From Moniliella sp. 'wahieum' (Eukaryota), in assembly GCA_003971905.1 (NCBI GenBank), contig RSEE01000092.1:1-64000 (forward strand): DNA of 64,000 nt, written 5' to 3'. Shown here piece after piece: positions 25,151-38,440 of this stretch (its first letter is position 1; each line of letters starts with the position of its first letter). The notes beneath the pieces were generated by a model, which was given only the letters and a program-made list of their open reading frames with translations, ran no database searches and was not told the origin of the DNA. The position numbers were made by a program, and so were the translations under genes.

Positions 25151-27738
25151 GTGCGTCCTCTTTCGGCACGCTAGAACATTTTGCTAGACGTGAATCATTA
25201 TGTTTGCATCAGAGAGACAGTGAAGATGTGTCCAAAGAAATGCACAATGGACCCCACTAGATCTGGGAGGTCTTGAAGTGATAGGATGGAGGGGTGGACA
25301 CTGGGCGGGCCGTTGACGGTCACACTGACTGTGGAATTTAAAACGGACGGGGGTACGTTTGGGGCGAGAGCAACTTCTGTATTAGCGAGATTGCCTACCG
25401 ACAGGTAGCACGGACGAGGATCAATGAGGCTGAAGCGTTTTGATGAAGGATGATGGAGGTGTACAAATGAGCCTGTGGGATGCATGGATTTGACGGCTGT
25501 GGGTGGGTTAATGGATGTACAGACAGCGTCTAGTGCAAGTGTATCGTGTACCTTTGCTACATCAGGGGGTGCCCTGATGGGTGGGATAACCATCAACCAA
25601 AAGAGCAAGATTCCCTCAACCTCACTGGCCTACTATTACTAACGTAACGTTGTGTTTCCCCCAGCTCTTTTTGTATTGCTTTATATGTCCCCCCTACTCT
25701 CTTCCCAGTTATTTCGTCGCTTTCCTTTATGCCGCGCTCCATGTGCTTCATATCTTATCCAGCTGACCAACTGACCACTACGATGTTCTTAGTCATCCCC
25801 TCGCCCGTTCCAACAGGCGGAGACATCCCTGCTCCCCCCTCTTTGTTCCTGTGCTGGATCCATTATGTTTCCGTCGTTCTCCACCCGCTTGCTTTTGTAT
25901 CGTCCAACCTGCTAACCTCAATCGTTTATTCTCCTGAAACCCCTTAGGGCTCCCCTGTGTGTACTTGGCATAGTATACTATAACACATCTGTCAGCCTAT
26001 TTCGATCCCAATTATTCATGCGATGGCTAACCCGGTCATCATTTCCCTGCCCATTTCCTTTCCTCCTTTTCCCTCTTGATCTAAACGCCCTCTAGCACAG
26101 AATTGTATACCCTTACATTAGCTTGCCTGTCCCCCTTATCCATTGGCGCCCCTCCGCCTTCCCAACTGACCCCTAACGAGCACAACTCAACACATTTCAC
26201 ACGTGCTTGTATGCGTGCAGTTCTGCCCTACGACTAGCAAGGTCTACTCCAGAAGGTTTGACATTCACGGCAGTGTAGTGTTAGTAACTGGCTTTGGATC
26301 TGAAACGCGCCAGGTCTCTATACTAATCGTCCTGTTATATTTATGTCCCCGTTATAGGGGCAAGGCGGAAGAAGTCAAATCGCCATAGAAAAATCAACCC
26401 AACAAAAGCTCCGTCCAACTTCGTGTGCAGAGGGAGAGAAGGCCTTGATGTATGAAACACCGGCGAATCATTCTTCTCATTCCTTGGATGTGCATTCGAC
26501 TCCAGCTTTACCACTGGTATACTATATCACACCGTCGAATCGCATGAAAAAGGTGGCAAAAACCACCGCCGTGGCCCTGGTGCTCCCGCGGTGAAAAAAA
26601 AATGTCTCAAGGAATCGAACCCCCCCCGTTACATTTGCGGGGGCACCACTTGGATGTGCAACGCAGCTTGGATGCGAGGTCAAGACGACCTCATTCTCTC
26701 TCTGTTCCAGCCAGGTTCGCTTCCCACCCGCTCCCCCTTTTGTTGACGACTTCGATCTGCCTACGTTGAACGTTGGCCTGGGCCCGCACACGTGTTGAAA
26801 GTTGAACGTGAATGTTGCAATTATTGAATTTTGGCTGAAGAGTGAGGCCTGGACATGGTGCGTTGCCCGCGGGTTAGCTCTGGTCCTGCATCCTGTATGA
26901 CTTTTTTGCCGTGGTGATGGAGGGGAAGGCGATGGTCTGCAATGGTTTGTGGGCCCTAGGATCAGAGACAAGAGGAGCGAAGGAAGAGGGGAAACTGGAA
27001 GCAGTGTGAAAAGATGACTGCAGCGCTGTTGGGACTGGCGCTTGCCTCTCGATGTGAGCTGAGCCTCAGCAGCTTCACGGCTGAGATGGAGGTCTGCCAC
27101 ATGTCAGTACTCAGTGCCACCTAATAAGAAAGCCTTAAAGCCTTAGGTTAGGCCAGATTCAGAGTCCGCTTTGGTCAGCCGGTCAGGCCTCAGGCTCAGG
27201 GGGGCGGGTGCCCATGACAGGGGCAGGGGGCTGTAGGGTTGCCATGTCGGCCCATTTTAAGCGATGCGCATGGGGGCGGTGGGGCTGTGTGGCGGATGCG
27301 GGCCATCCCAACGCCCTTTGGCTCTGGGCCAGTGTGTGTGGTTGGGGGTGAGCCGGCCCGTCTGCACACTGGCGAGCAGCCACTCATTTAAGCGCCACGC
27401 GGCAATCGAGAAAAACCAGTGCCACACGCATCATGCATCCTGGATCGTGGGCCTGATTCCTGGGCCTGCGATTGTCAACTGGGCTCCCTTGCGCCAATCA
27501 GCTCATCCCATCCGCCGAGGCAGCCGCTGCTCCGCTTGGGCTGCTCCAGAAGCACGGGGTGCGCATGGCAAGGGTCCAACCATCGATCGATCGATGACCG
27601 GTGCCTAGGCTTGATGCATGATGGCTGAGCCGCTGGTCAAGCTGATCCGCCGCCAAGCAAAGTGCTATAAATATTTGCCTCTGCAATCACCTTCTGCGCG
27701 CCTGCCCCTCCTTCTCCCCCTTCTGCTTCGTCCCCGCC

Positions 27739-28863
27739 ATGTCGATTGTCCGTCCCTACGTATCGTTGGAGCGGTCGCTTCCTCGGCTTCCACGCCTTGC
27801 TGTCCGCGCCCTCTCCACCACCGCTGGCCCGCCCATGCCCACTCGCACACCCACCGCGTCGCTGGCTGTGGCTCGTCCTGCTCGTCCTGCGGCTCGTGCG
27901 CTGGTTCGCGCACCTCCCTCCACGAAGATCTTCCCGCTTCGTTCCAGCGCCCGCGCCGCAGCCGGCGCCACGCCCATGTTCTTCCTGGCATTGTCCTGCC
28001 CCCTGGAACGGCATCCGACGCCTCGCGTTCCCGCACCCTCTCGCCCAGCAGTCTGTTCAGGCCCTTAGCGTCCGACTCAAGCATCACTCCTCTCACCTCT
28101 CGGCTTGGACACAGCAGTCTCTCGTCTGTTGAATACCACCAATGCGCCGACCAGACCTTGTCGGCCATCACGACGCAGCTGGAGGACCTGTTGGAGTCTG
28201 TGGATGATGCCACCATCGCTGCAGACCGTGCCCACTCGCACGGCGAGGAGGACTGGGACGTTGTTGGGACTGTGAGTATACCCTCATTACTTTTTTTCTG
28301 TCCTGTTGATGGTGATTATGATGTTGATTGTGGTTGTGCTGACTCGTGGCTTGTGTTCTCTCTCGCCCCTCGCAGTCGGGAATGGTTACCCTTGGCCTCG
28401 GATCGCACGGCGAATACCTACTGAAGAAACAGGATGCATTGCGTCAGCTCTGGCTCAGCTCCCCCATCAGTGGTGCACACATGTTCAACTTTGAGTCGGC
28501 GCCTACTTTTTACCCTGTGCGCAAAACCGTTCCGAAGGTAGTTCCCCTGCGTCCCAGCACATCTACCCACACTCTCGTCACACTCGCCGTGGCGGGGTGA
28601 GCATGCGCTCGACGACCCCTGTACCCGCCCCAATGCAGCGCCGTATGGCCATGTTCGCCTCGGCGCCAAGTGCGGCTGTGCCATCTGCGTCAGATATCTG
28701 GCCTGGTGCGTGGGTCTCGGCACGGGAAGAAGAAGGACCAAGAGAGCTATTTGCTTTGTTGCGGACAGAACTAGCAAGCTTGTTGAACCTTTGGATCGGC
28801 CATCCTTCACTTCGCGCCTTGGGCTCAGGCATCACTCGTCCCCCCTCCGCCCTACTCAGCTGA
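27739..28863 (+). CDS. YFH1: Frataxin-like mitochondrial protein (divergent)
   Basis: Arg/Ser-rich presequence; EYHQCADQTL...LEDLLE; SGMVTLGLGSHGEYLLKKQ...QLWLSSPISG; W.S.R...LFALLRTEL; intron at about 28272-28375. Confidence 0.8.
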
Positions 28864-30567
28864 GACGTATCTTGAACGCATCCCCTCCATCTTTACGCCC
28901 GCGGAATCTCCCCCCCGAACCGCCCAGGTGCGCGACTGCACCGCCATATCCTCTTTCGACGCCCCTATGCACGACCCTTTCCAATGTTACCGCATCTCAT
29001 TCGTATCCGTTCGTCTCATCGACCTCCAATCCACGACTATCACCCACGACCGCGTCTTGCCTCCCCTCCCGTCCCCGCCGCCTTCCATCGGCGCCCATCC
29101 GGGGGAAAAGAACTTATTATCGCCATCTCAATGAGAGATCTGGGTGGCGTATTGGGTCAAACGACAAAGCTCTCGCCGCCACGATATGCTCTAGACGAGC
29201 ATCCGAACCCCGCCCGACAGAACTTGGCCACATGAATGTCCCAAAAATTTATGATCGAACTCGTCCGATTTTCTTTCGTGTCTCGAGACGAGACCGGGTC
29301 CCGATGTAACTCCGTAGCGAGGCAAGTATATCAAAAACGTAACCGACACAGCGCAGTCTCTATCATACAAGCACAGCGGATACAGCGCTCCAGAGAGAGA
29401 AGCAGATGCAAGTACCCCTGCGAGATGACATGATGACAGGGGGAACCCATGAGAGTCGCGGGAGACATGATGCATGACAGCCACAAGATACCGCCGGGCT
29501 AGCGCGAAATGGGTGCAAGATGAAATGAAATCCGCGACCATGACCCAGAGGTTGTTTGGCGTCAGCGCGTCAGACAAGAATCGCGTCATCGACTGGCGGG
29601 ATGTGGAACGCCCGCAATTGTTGGCAGCAGCAGCAGCAGCACTGCACCGGCTCGTTCGCCGGAACCGCGTTCGCTAAACGGCTCAGGCTGAGCGCTGACC
29701 ATGACCCAGTGACCGGTGACCACTAATCTTGAAGCTTGATCATCGATCGATCACAGTATACGCGCAGGCGCTTATCGATCGATTATCGATTATCGATTCC
29801 GACACCGAATACACCTCTGCCGGTAACCGCCTGTTTCTTGCATTCGCAATCAAGATGGCGGAGCTCGTGGAGCACGCCAGTGAGATTGGTAAGAAGCTCG
29901 CGGAAAAGAACGGTGTCGGCTGCGTCACCAGCGCTCACGCGGCCCTGTTCGACACCAGCCCGGGTCCGGAAGGGGTAGTACTTTGAGCTTGAGCCTTGAA
30001 GCTTGAAGCCCCGTGAGCGCGCGGTATGCATGGTACACCTACGTCCTCTGTCGTTCGAACATGGAACGTGGAACGTGGAACTCGTCTTGACTACTTTGTG
30101 TATTAGGATGGCGAAGGTCAGGCCGTATCTGCGCTCAAACAAGGAATAAGAGCATCTTGAAGCTGGAGGCTGACGCAAGATCACCCACACTATAATAGGT
30201 TCAATGGTCCGAACAACAGGCTTATTCACGCATGTGCTTCTTTGCGAGGAATAACCAAGAACAGAGAAAGCAGGGGTGCGCCTTCAAGACGTGCAAGAAG
30301 GAAGGATGGTTATCCACTTGTCCTTCAAGTATGCTGAGGGAAAGGAGACAGAGCAAAAGAAACGAGCAAAGCAAAAACAGCCTGCGCGCGGAACGAATCC
30401 GCGAAACTAAGCGAGCGCCATCAAACAATTTGGGAAGTGCAAGGGACCATTCGCACTACCATCTCAAACGAGAGGGCTCGGTGACGCAGAATTGACCTGC
30501 ATGGGCGATCTCCGTAGATTCGACAATGGCTGCCAGAAAGGCTTGCCGATCTGGGAACATCAGGAGT

Positions 30568-31842
30568 CTAGGTCCTGTCCAATCGGGGGACTGGGACACC
30601 GCCAGGGGCCCATTGGCGAAGTGCAGGGTTAGACCGGCCATTCTCTAGGACGAATTGCTTACCGCCGTTGAGACGGACGATGTCCCTGAATTTTTTTGGG
30701 ACATAGCGCCTTTCTTTTGTGGGAGCGCTGGTACGAGACTTTGGAGCGGGGCTTACGCTCGATGACACTGGGTTCAGCTTCACCAGCTACGACTGGCGTC
30801 GCAGTGGATTGGGCCGTGGTTACGCTCTCAACAGGGCGATCAATCCACGTATGGCCGTTCGCCTCTGCCTCTTTAATCAGAAGTGGCAGGTGTACAAGGA
30901 AGCCATCGGCATCCAAAGAGCCCACATAATGGATCAGAAGCGACGATCGGTGTCCGGGTGGCACACCCGTCAGGGCACCCGCCAGGATCGGGCGGAGCAT
31001 TTCAGGATTTTTGCGGAAGTGCTCCACATGGCGCCGCACCAATCTGGCCAAGTCGCGCGGAGCGACCGAACGGTAGATTTGGCCACTATGGATGCGGGAC
31101 CGGAGTGCATACTCTGCGTCGGCAACGTTGACTCGGGCGAGGAGGTAGGACTTGAAGTTTGTCCACGTCATATCGTCGTCCTCTGCCGAGGCCATAAGGG
31201 ACTCCCACACCGGTTCGATCTTAGTCAACGAGTCGGAGGTCACAATCTTGGACCATGCGTTCCTCTCGGTCCATCCAAAGTCCTGGATGTGCATCTCAAC
31301 AATGCGGATCCACATGTTCAATTCCAGAGGGTCACCAGACCACTTGGAATGGGAGGCCGGAGGTTGGGAGATTGGGGGCGCGCAGCGCCGGGGCTTGTGA
31401 GGCGGTCGAGCTTCTCCGTGAGATCGTCGACCTTTTGCGTGAGATCGTCGAAGCGGGCGCGAAGAGCCGGGCACAATTCCAAAATATCATCATGGCTAGA
31501 GGTGGCAAGCTCGGCCAAAAGGGCCGAACGATCCTGCTTTGGTAGTCGTCTACGCGTGCGGGCTCCCTTGGACTCACTCAGCGTCCCTTTGTCGCGCGTA
31601 GGGGTGGCCGGGGTGGCCGGGGTGGCCGGGGTGGCCGGGGTGGCCGGGGTGGCCGGGGAGGTCGAAGTGGCAGGCTTAGGGGTGGCCGGGCCGGCAGCCA
31701 GCGAAACTGGAGGGGGCGCTGTCGCAGGGACGGCGGGGTCTCCTGCGGAAGCTAAAGACGGGATGGAGCCGGGGAACGCTGATGTCCCATTTCGGTAGTC
31801 GATGCACCAGGGCTCGAGCGTAGTGGGGGGGCGAGTGCCCAT
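30568..31842 (-). mobile_element. Retrotransposon Gag-like ORF without pol
   Basis: Pro/Ala/Thr-rich N-terminus, coiled coil (FDDLTQKVDDLTEKLDRL), then WSGDPLELNMWIRIVE...W...TWTNFKSYLL, typical of a Ty3/gypsy capsid. Confidence 0.6.
31601..31654. repeat. Tandem repeat (GGGGTGGCC)6 encoding PAT repeats in the gag-like ORF
   Basis: Six exact 9-mers. Confidence 0.95.
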
Positions 31843-32599
31843 GATTGGGCGAGAGATTGGAGGAAACGAAGACGAAGCGAGGAAGAAGCGCGGGAAGCGA
31901 CGTACGCTCGACTTGATAGATCTGGAGCGACACAGAAGACACGATCGTTAAGACACCTAGTCTCTAGAAAGACCAGCCAGCGAGTATTGGTCCAAGTATC
32001 AAGCCGAGCGAAACAGCGGGGGAAAGGGGAGGGGTGGTGGTGAGAAAAGAAGAGATGCGGGAAAGCGAGAGAGGGCGCGCACGGCTGGCTGGGCTGGCTA
32101 TTCTTTACCGTCACGCGTCACGTGATGGCAAGGCCGGAAGGCAGTCCGCTGATGGATGATGTCATGTGTGATGGGTGGAAGCGGCAGAGAGCGCCCGAGC
32201 CTGGCTTTTATATGCAGGCTATTATCTATGCCCGCTGGCATACTGCACCTCCACACTTCCTGCGTATTCTTTCGTACCGTTCTCTCACTTCCCGAAAACA
32301 TGTCTAAACAATCGGCCCAGCCGGATCCAGATCATAAAACGATGGCAGATCAACACCAGGAAGGAAAGGACCGGTGGCAGCCAGAAACGAAAACAGGTAA
32401 AAGAGAGAAAAGCCTCTGCGAGAGCAAAAGGGAGCCGTGGCTTATAAAAACGGTGGGATTCAAAGTCAGGCAGGCATCTTATATCAGAGACGGAAGGATG
32501 GTCTGATGCCTGCATACGTCGGGGTGCGGCGCGGCATGAGTAGGGAGGATGGTAGACAATATACTAGAGGGGGGGGAGGGGGGGAGAAGCAAGACTTCA

Positions 32600-35349
32600 G
32601 CTCGTTAACTTGATCCTGACGAGGGCGGGATGGGTTGGGGAGCCAAAGGCCGTTAGGGGCCGGAGCGAATCCGAGATCAGGGACCTGCTTGTTGACAAGC
32701 TCTACGGCACCTTGGAGTGTCTCGGTTTCAATGCGGTTGCCCCACCACAGATTGTCGCCATTGAACACGTTGTCCACCGCGAGGTCACGAGTGTTGGCCA
32801 GTTCGAGGCATACGCTCACCAAGAATGACATGAGGGAGCTGCCAGCATCGAATCCGGCAGAAAGGACATAATTGTAGTCCGACCAGAACTCAAAGTAGTG
32901 CGCCGAAGGAAGTGTTGGAAGAACCACCCAACCAAGAACCAGGAGGTAAAGTTGATTCCGGTCGCGGGGGCATCATGCCTGTCGCACCCAAAAGTACAGG
33001 CCATTGATCAAGCGGAACCACGAGTTGGGGTACTTCTTGGCCAGCATCCAAGTCGGAACTGGGAGCAATGCGCCGATGATGAACATGATGTTCAAAGCGC
33101 CATAGGTTTGACCCACAGCGAACGTACGGGCAGGCCCGATGAGACCCCAGATGATACTCGCTGAGAATACGAAAAGGGGAGGAGGGGTCAGTGTCTTAGC
33201 TGCGTAACCATGGAGGAGATGAAGGGGGAGGGATGGACGGACCAGCATAGAACGTTTTCTGCGATTCGCAAGTAAAGTGAACAGGACTGATCTTCTCATT
33301 GGATTGACACCGCAGAAGTTGCGCGTGGTTTTGAAGAGGAAAGCGGTAACGCCAACCTGGACAATGCACGCCCAAATAGTGGAGATGATCTGAGCCCAAA
33401 ATGTCACGCGGGGGGACCTTCATGTAATGACCCAGCTTAAGGTCTTGCAGGAACGTAACCGACTGCGCCATGGTGATGTACCCGTACGTCTTGAAAATCA
33501 TCATCGCCACTGGTCTCCCAGGCAGGCATAGCCCACAATCAGCTCACTGATCACGTTCAGTCCGGGGACGTTAGAGGTGACGGCGGCGATGATGCCAATG
33601 GGAATAGTGTACACCGCACTCATCAACAGTGCCACGATCAACATCCAGATGGGCAACTGTGTGTGGTAGACGTAAATCGAGGGCACTGCCATGCCAAACG
33701 AAATCAAAAACGTGGCGGCGTACCACAAGTAGGGCACTTCCTTGTACCGCGACATAAGACGAGCGTGGATGTCCGGTTCCTCATGAAGGGAACGCCTGAC
33801 CTGACGCACAATGTCGTTCCAGTAGAAGAGAGCGACCTGCGAGATGGTTGAGGTGATGACACCAAAGCTGACGGCATAGCTGATAATGAATGTCTGTCGG
33901 AGAAAAACTGAAAGTAAGTATGGGAACGAACTGACGAACTCGAGAAGCCTCGACAAAGATGAACTAAAGTAAGAATAATCCGAGATGACATACCGCGCTC
34001 ATGTACTCCTTGGAGTAGCTCATGTACTTGTCCAAGTCCAAGTCGTAGTTCTCGTCGACCACATAATCCACCGCGTACGTTTGGCCAAAGCGGTCGTAAA
34101 TACCATTATTGCTGAAGCTGAGGTAACCAGTGTACCGTGCATTGGTGGCCCACAAAAGGGGCGCCACAAAACCGATGATCAGCACGTAGCCCACAATCGT
34201 GTTGACGATAGCAAACCAAGGCACATAGATAGGCGAACCAAGGGCACTGGTAACCTGCATCCAGTCCAGCGAGATGAAGTTGAAGCCAATGCCGCCAGAT
34301 CCGCCAAAACGACGTTCACGCCCTTGTTCTTGGGGGCGGCCCAGGTCGGCCAGGAAAAAACAGACAGGCCAGTAAAGAGGTAGGCCGGCACGATTTCCCA
34401 AAAGAAGAGGACGAGACCACCAACGGAAAACATCTTGAACCGGGACCAGCCCCGGAAGCTGCCGATCTTTTGCTTTTCGTGCATGGAATTGAGGAAGGCC
34501 GTGTTGGTCAGGTTCATAGGCCAGATCATGGACGCCGGCCAGACGAGGACCTGGCGACAGAAGCCAGCGTAGGAAAAGCCAATCATCTGCGTGGACAGGG
34601 TGAGCATGATCATGTATCCGGCAGTCAAATGCTGACCATAAAAGGCGTGCTGCGTGATGAAAATGTCGGTACTGTACGCGGAGCCGACACCAACGGTGGC
34701 CATGACCGAGATCATGGTGTGCTCCTTGATGTTAAAGGGTCCCGGGTTGAACCAGTCCGCCAGGGCCAGTTGCGCGGGTAAGGAATATTAGCCATGGCCA
34801 CACCAATAGGGTAGGCAAACAATTGCACTGCAATCGAAGGAAATGTGATCACGGGCCACTGTGTGTGTTAAGTTGGAGGGAGGGGAGGGGAGACGGGATT
34901 GTTAGAACAATTAAGAGCATATCATTGCGAAGAAACTGCGGGGGGTTAAAGACGCACCTGGGCCGAGAAGTACATGTTGATACCACTGAGCACCGTGCAG
35001 GCAATCATCCCAATGAACCAGGCGCGGAAGGTGTTGGCCTTCATGGTAGGGTCATCGACGTTGCTGACAGCGCGCGAACCTCGGGGTAAATGGAGTCGTC
35101 TTCGATCACATCCTCCAGTCGCAACTCGGCCTTCTCATCGCCCTTGTCTAGCGCACGATCCGCTTCGCGAAGCAGGGCAGGTTCGAGGTTGGGATCGTTG
35201 ATCCGACCATCGGTGATTTCGTGGCGGATGTCGCGTTCCATGTCGCCAAACGCAGCCTCATGGTCCAGCGCGTAAGGAAGAGGAAGCTGCCCCTCGGTGA
35301 TGATGTCCTTGCCCTCGTCCGTGGCCTCTTCTTTGTCACGAACTTGCAT
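32600..35349 (-). CDS. OPT family oligopeptide transporter
   Basis: [76 protein letters not shown]; 3' end approximate. Confidence 0.95.
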
Positions 35350-38222
35350 GATGATGGATGTGAAAGAGGTGGAAGAGGAGGAGGGGGGGGGGGGGGTTGA
35401 GAGGCCGATAAGAACAAGATTCCCCAAGGATGGGCTTATAAGGAAGAGGCACGATAGTGGGCTGGGGCTTAGCACGTGGTCTCTGATTCTCAGAAGATGA
35501 GGAGCTGTGGGTTTAGTCTGGTGATATGGGTAGAATGCCTTTCGAAAAATAACAAGCAAGGACCCTCCGCGCCCGTAGACCCACCTTTACGGTATAGTTG
35601 GCGCCATGCAGTGCAGGCACAGAACAAATGAGGTGCTATCGACTATCTCCCCTGATAGATAGATTAGCAGAAAGAGCTATGCTCTGGTGGTACCCAAACG
35701 CAATCGCTATGTGCATGCGTTTCACATGGAATGGGGAGAGTGTGAAGTGTACTATGCGATGAAACCCATGTGGAGTTGGAGTACGATATGGGAGCCACCG
35801 CCGGTACACGTCTCTCACTAGTCACTGGTCCCGCAACGGCATCGAGTAGAACAGCTCAGCAGCCGGTTCGATGCTCAAGCTTCCAGAGTATGTGGTGGGA
35901 AGTATATCGAGAAAATCGGTTATTCGATTTACCGGCCATCGAGCAACCAAGACGCCTGGGGCACTGGCGTCGTGCGCAGGCGCATGAGGGGCACAGCAGC
36001 AGTGACTAGTGACTAGTGGGTAGTGGCGCGCCAAAGGGGCTATATTCGCTTGTATATTGTGCGTTGGGGGAGGGGAGCCTGCGCTGAGTGGCGCTGCGCG
36101 GACATGTGACATGGCGAGCGTCGTGCCGCGAGCATGTGCAATTCCCCGTCGCACAGCGCCTGTCACGACACCGGCTGGCGCTGCGCCGGCAGGGTGCTGC
36201 CGCCGTGCTGCCGCCCCCGCATGTGGGGGAGGCGAGCGAGCGACGCAGCTGCCGCCCTCTGCCCGGGTCGCTCTGCCCCCAGCATGTGCGTCCCCGTCGC
36301 GCCCTGTCTCACCGCTTCGCTCGCCAGCTCCACCGTCCACATATAATTCAACTCGCCCGCCAATGCCTCCACGTGGACCGCAAAGATATCAGATTCAAAA
36401 ATCCCGAACCGACCCTCTTCCTCCGGCCATCATATATAGCCTCGCAAACCTTGGCTGCCGGACTCCGGCGACTGTCGGCAGTTTCAACGTGATGCAGATG
36501 GCCAGGTGTACATAAATCCCGTCGCAGTCTTTATTGGCTCCTACTATGGTTGTCCCCAAAGGCCCCCAGCAAATATACGCCTTGCAACGAGAAGGGTCCC
36601 AAAAACTCTCCGCTTTTGCAGCGATAGCGATAGGCCCATGTCGAACAACTATATTCCTATGGCACGAAGCAGATGGTTTTTCTCGCCCCCAGCAGGCGAC
36701 ACTGTTGGTACTTACTGTACCCAACCGTACTGGCCTTCTCACCTTCACATGTTCATCACTACGGCGTTTGCTTCCCGTTTCCCCAACAACTTTTGTCTGT
36801 CTGTACTGTCCAGCACTTTTGTGAGGACAACCACATGACTGCAAACGCGTGCTTGGGTGAGATACGGCGGTAGTGTCGTGCGGAGCCCATTGGCCGTGCA
36901 CAGGTGGCCCCGGCGGCTGACTGCCTACTACTAGTGACTAGTGACTAGCGACTGGACGTACTGTTAACGAGCTGTTGGGGACTTCCTTTGATGCCATGTG
37001 CACGAGTACGGTGGCGAACAAAGGATCGAGTGAAGGCAATGACCCTCCTGCAGAGAAAGCAGGAGCGAGGCAGGGGTTCGAAGAAGGCCGTCATCGGTGA
37101 CGATGATAATAGGAGCACAAAAGGAGAAGCGGGGGCATGCGGTCAAGGTAGTGGTCTGGTGCCAGCGTCGCAAAAGGTCATCCTGAACTATCATCCCCAG
37201 GCACACCCCACTCCCCGAGAGAAGCACTCAGCCAGCGCTCAGCTTTGAACATGAAAAAGGATGGACACCGTACAGCCGAGACCGGCTCGGACGATGATAG
37301 CGATGACGCTGGTTTTGGACTCCCATACGAAGCATTCGATGTCTCTCGTGAGCACGTGAGCTTGAGTACATCCCAGGCGTGAGGCCTGAGGGAGATACCA
37401 GGAACACATGGAACCCTCCGCGCATCCGTGGTTCGCACGCACCCGAAGTGCTAAGGTACCACCGTCCCATCGTCGCGACAAACCACAGTTCATCCTTTCT
37501 TCCTTTCCTACTAACTCCGGCAACTCTTCTCCTCACTTGCTGACAGAAAAGTCCATGGAGGGAGAGGCACATCGCGCTCCCCGTCGCTTAGCTATCAGGA
37601 GGTGTGGAAAGAAGAGACAGAAAGCATCTAGAATCCATCAGTGTTGGCAGTTTTGTGCGAGGCGGCCCGGTTCCGTCTCTGTTCCGCCCCTTCCTGTTGC
37701 GCCTGCAGGCTGCCTTCCCCCTGATTGCATACACACCACCTCTCTCCTGCCTTGCTCTCCTGTCATTGCCACAAGTTTGCCAATGTAGGCGTGTTTGCGG
37801 CATACCACACCACAAGAACATTATCTGCATTATCTCCGCCTGATGGCTGCCTGGGCTCTTTCGACATTGTTTCGATCGCTCTGATGCTACAAGAACGCCA
37901 AGTAAGTAGGGACGCGCCCCAGTTTTCTCCCTGATCATGAGAACGCACGCTTACGATGCCCTCATGACGACCACTAAGATGTTTGAGCACTGGAAAAGCC
38001 TCAGTTACTGCAGAATCTTACTTGAGAAGAAGCTTCATCTTCGCTCACATGTCCACCATTCTTTTCGTATCCATCATGCGCGCTATCATCCGGTTTGGAA
38101 GCAAATGGCAGAAGAACTTGAGGGTTATGGCTTGTTATGTGCGGTGACTCCATTGGCCTCTTGATTGCTGGCACGAACCAGCAGCCCATGCTGGATGAGC
38201 GATGAGCCTGTGGTATGTAGGC

Positions 38223-38440
38223 TGTCGGGATCAGACCTATTTTTGGTCACTGTTTGATCACCAAGTTGACTGGTCCCTGATTCGTTCTAGAGCCTGTTTT
38301 CTCCCTTTAACTATGACATCCTTCTTCCCTTGTGTGACTCAGCTCTGATGTTCTCTTCTTCTCCGAGGCATATATACCTCTCCCTCTTTCCACTCGATGA
38401 AGATGATACCCATCTTTTCTCTCATCAACATCTCCTGTTA
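38223..38440. repeat. Dispersed ~220-bp repeat, LTR-like, copy 2
   Basis: Same orientation and colinear with 14357-14579. Confidence 0.75.

Noticed and set aside
26590..26720. tRNA gene or U1 snRNA
   Set aside because: No acceptor stem and D-loop to T-loop spacing too short for tRNA; lacks the U1 5' ACTTACC sequence; kept only as an unclassified candidate
29855..29986. Clp/Hsp104 N-domain-like fragment (ASEIGKKLAEKNG...SAHAALFD)
   Set aside because: Too short and isolated to support a call
36003..36948. CACTA or MITE element bounded by ACTAGT motifs
   Set aside because: The ends are instances of the general TGA-CTAG arrays; no convincing terminal inverted repeat or TSD
37780..38164. Possible SAM-dependent methyltransferase relic (GSFDIVSIALMLQE)
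   Set aside because: Only one short motif; no motif I or continuous ORF
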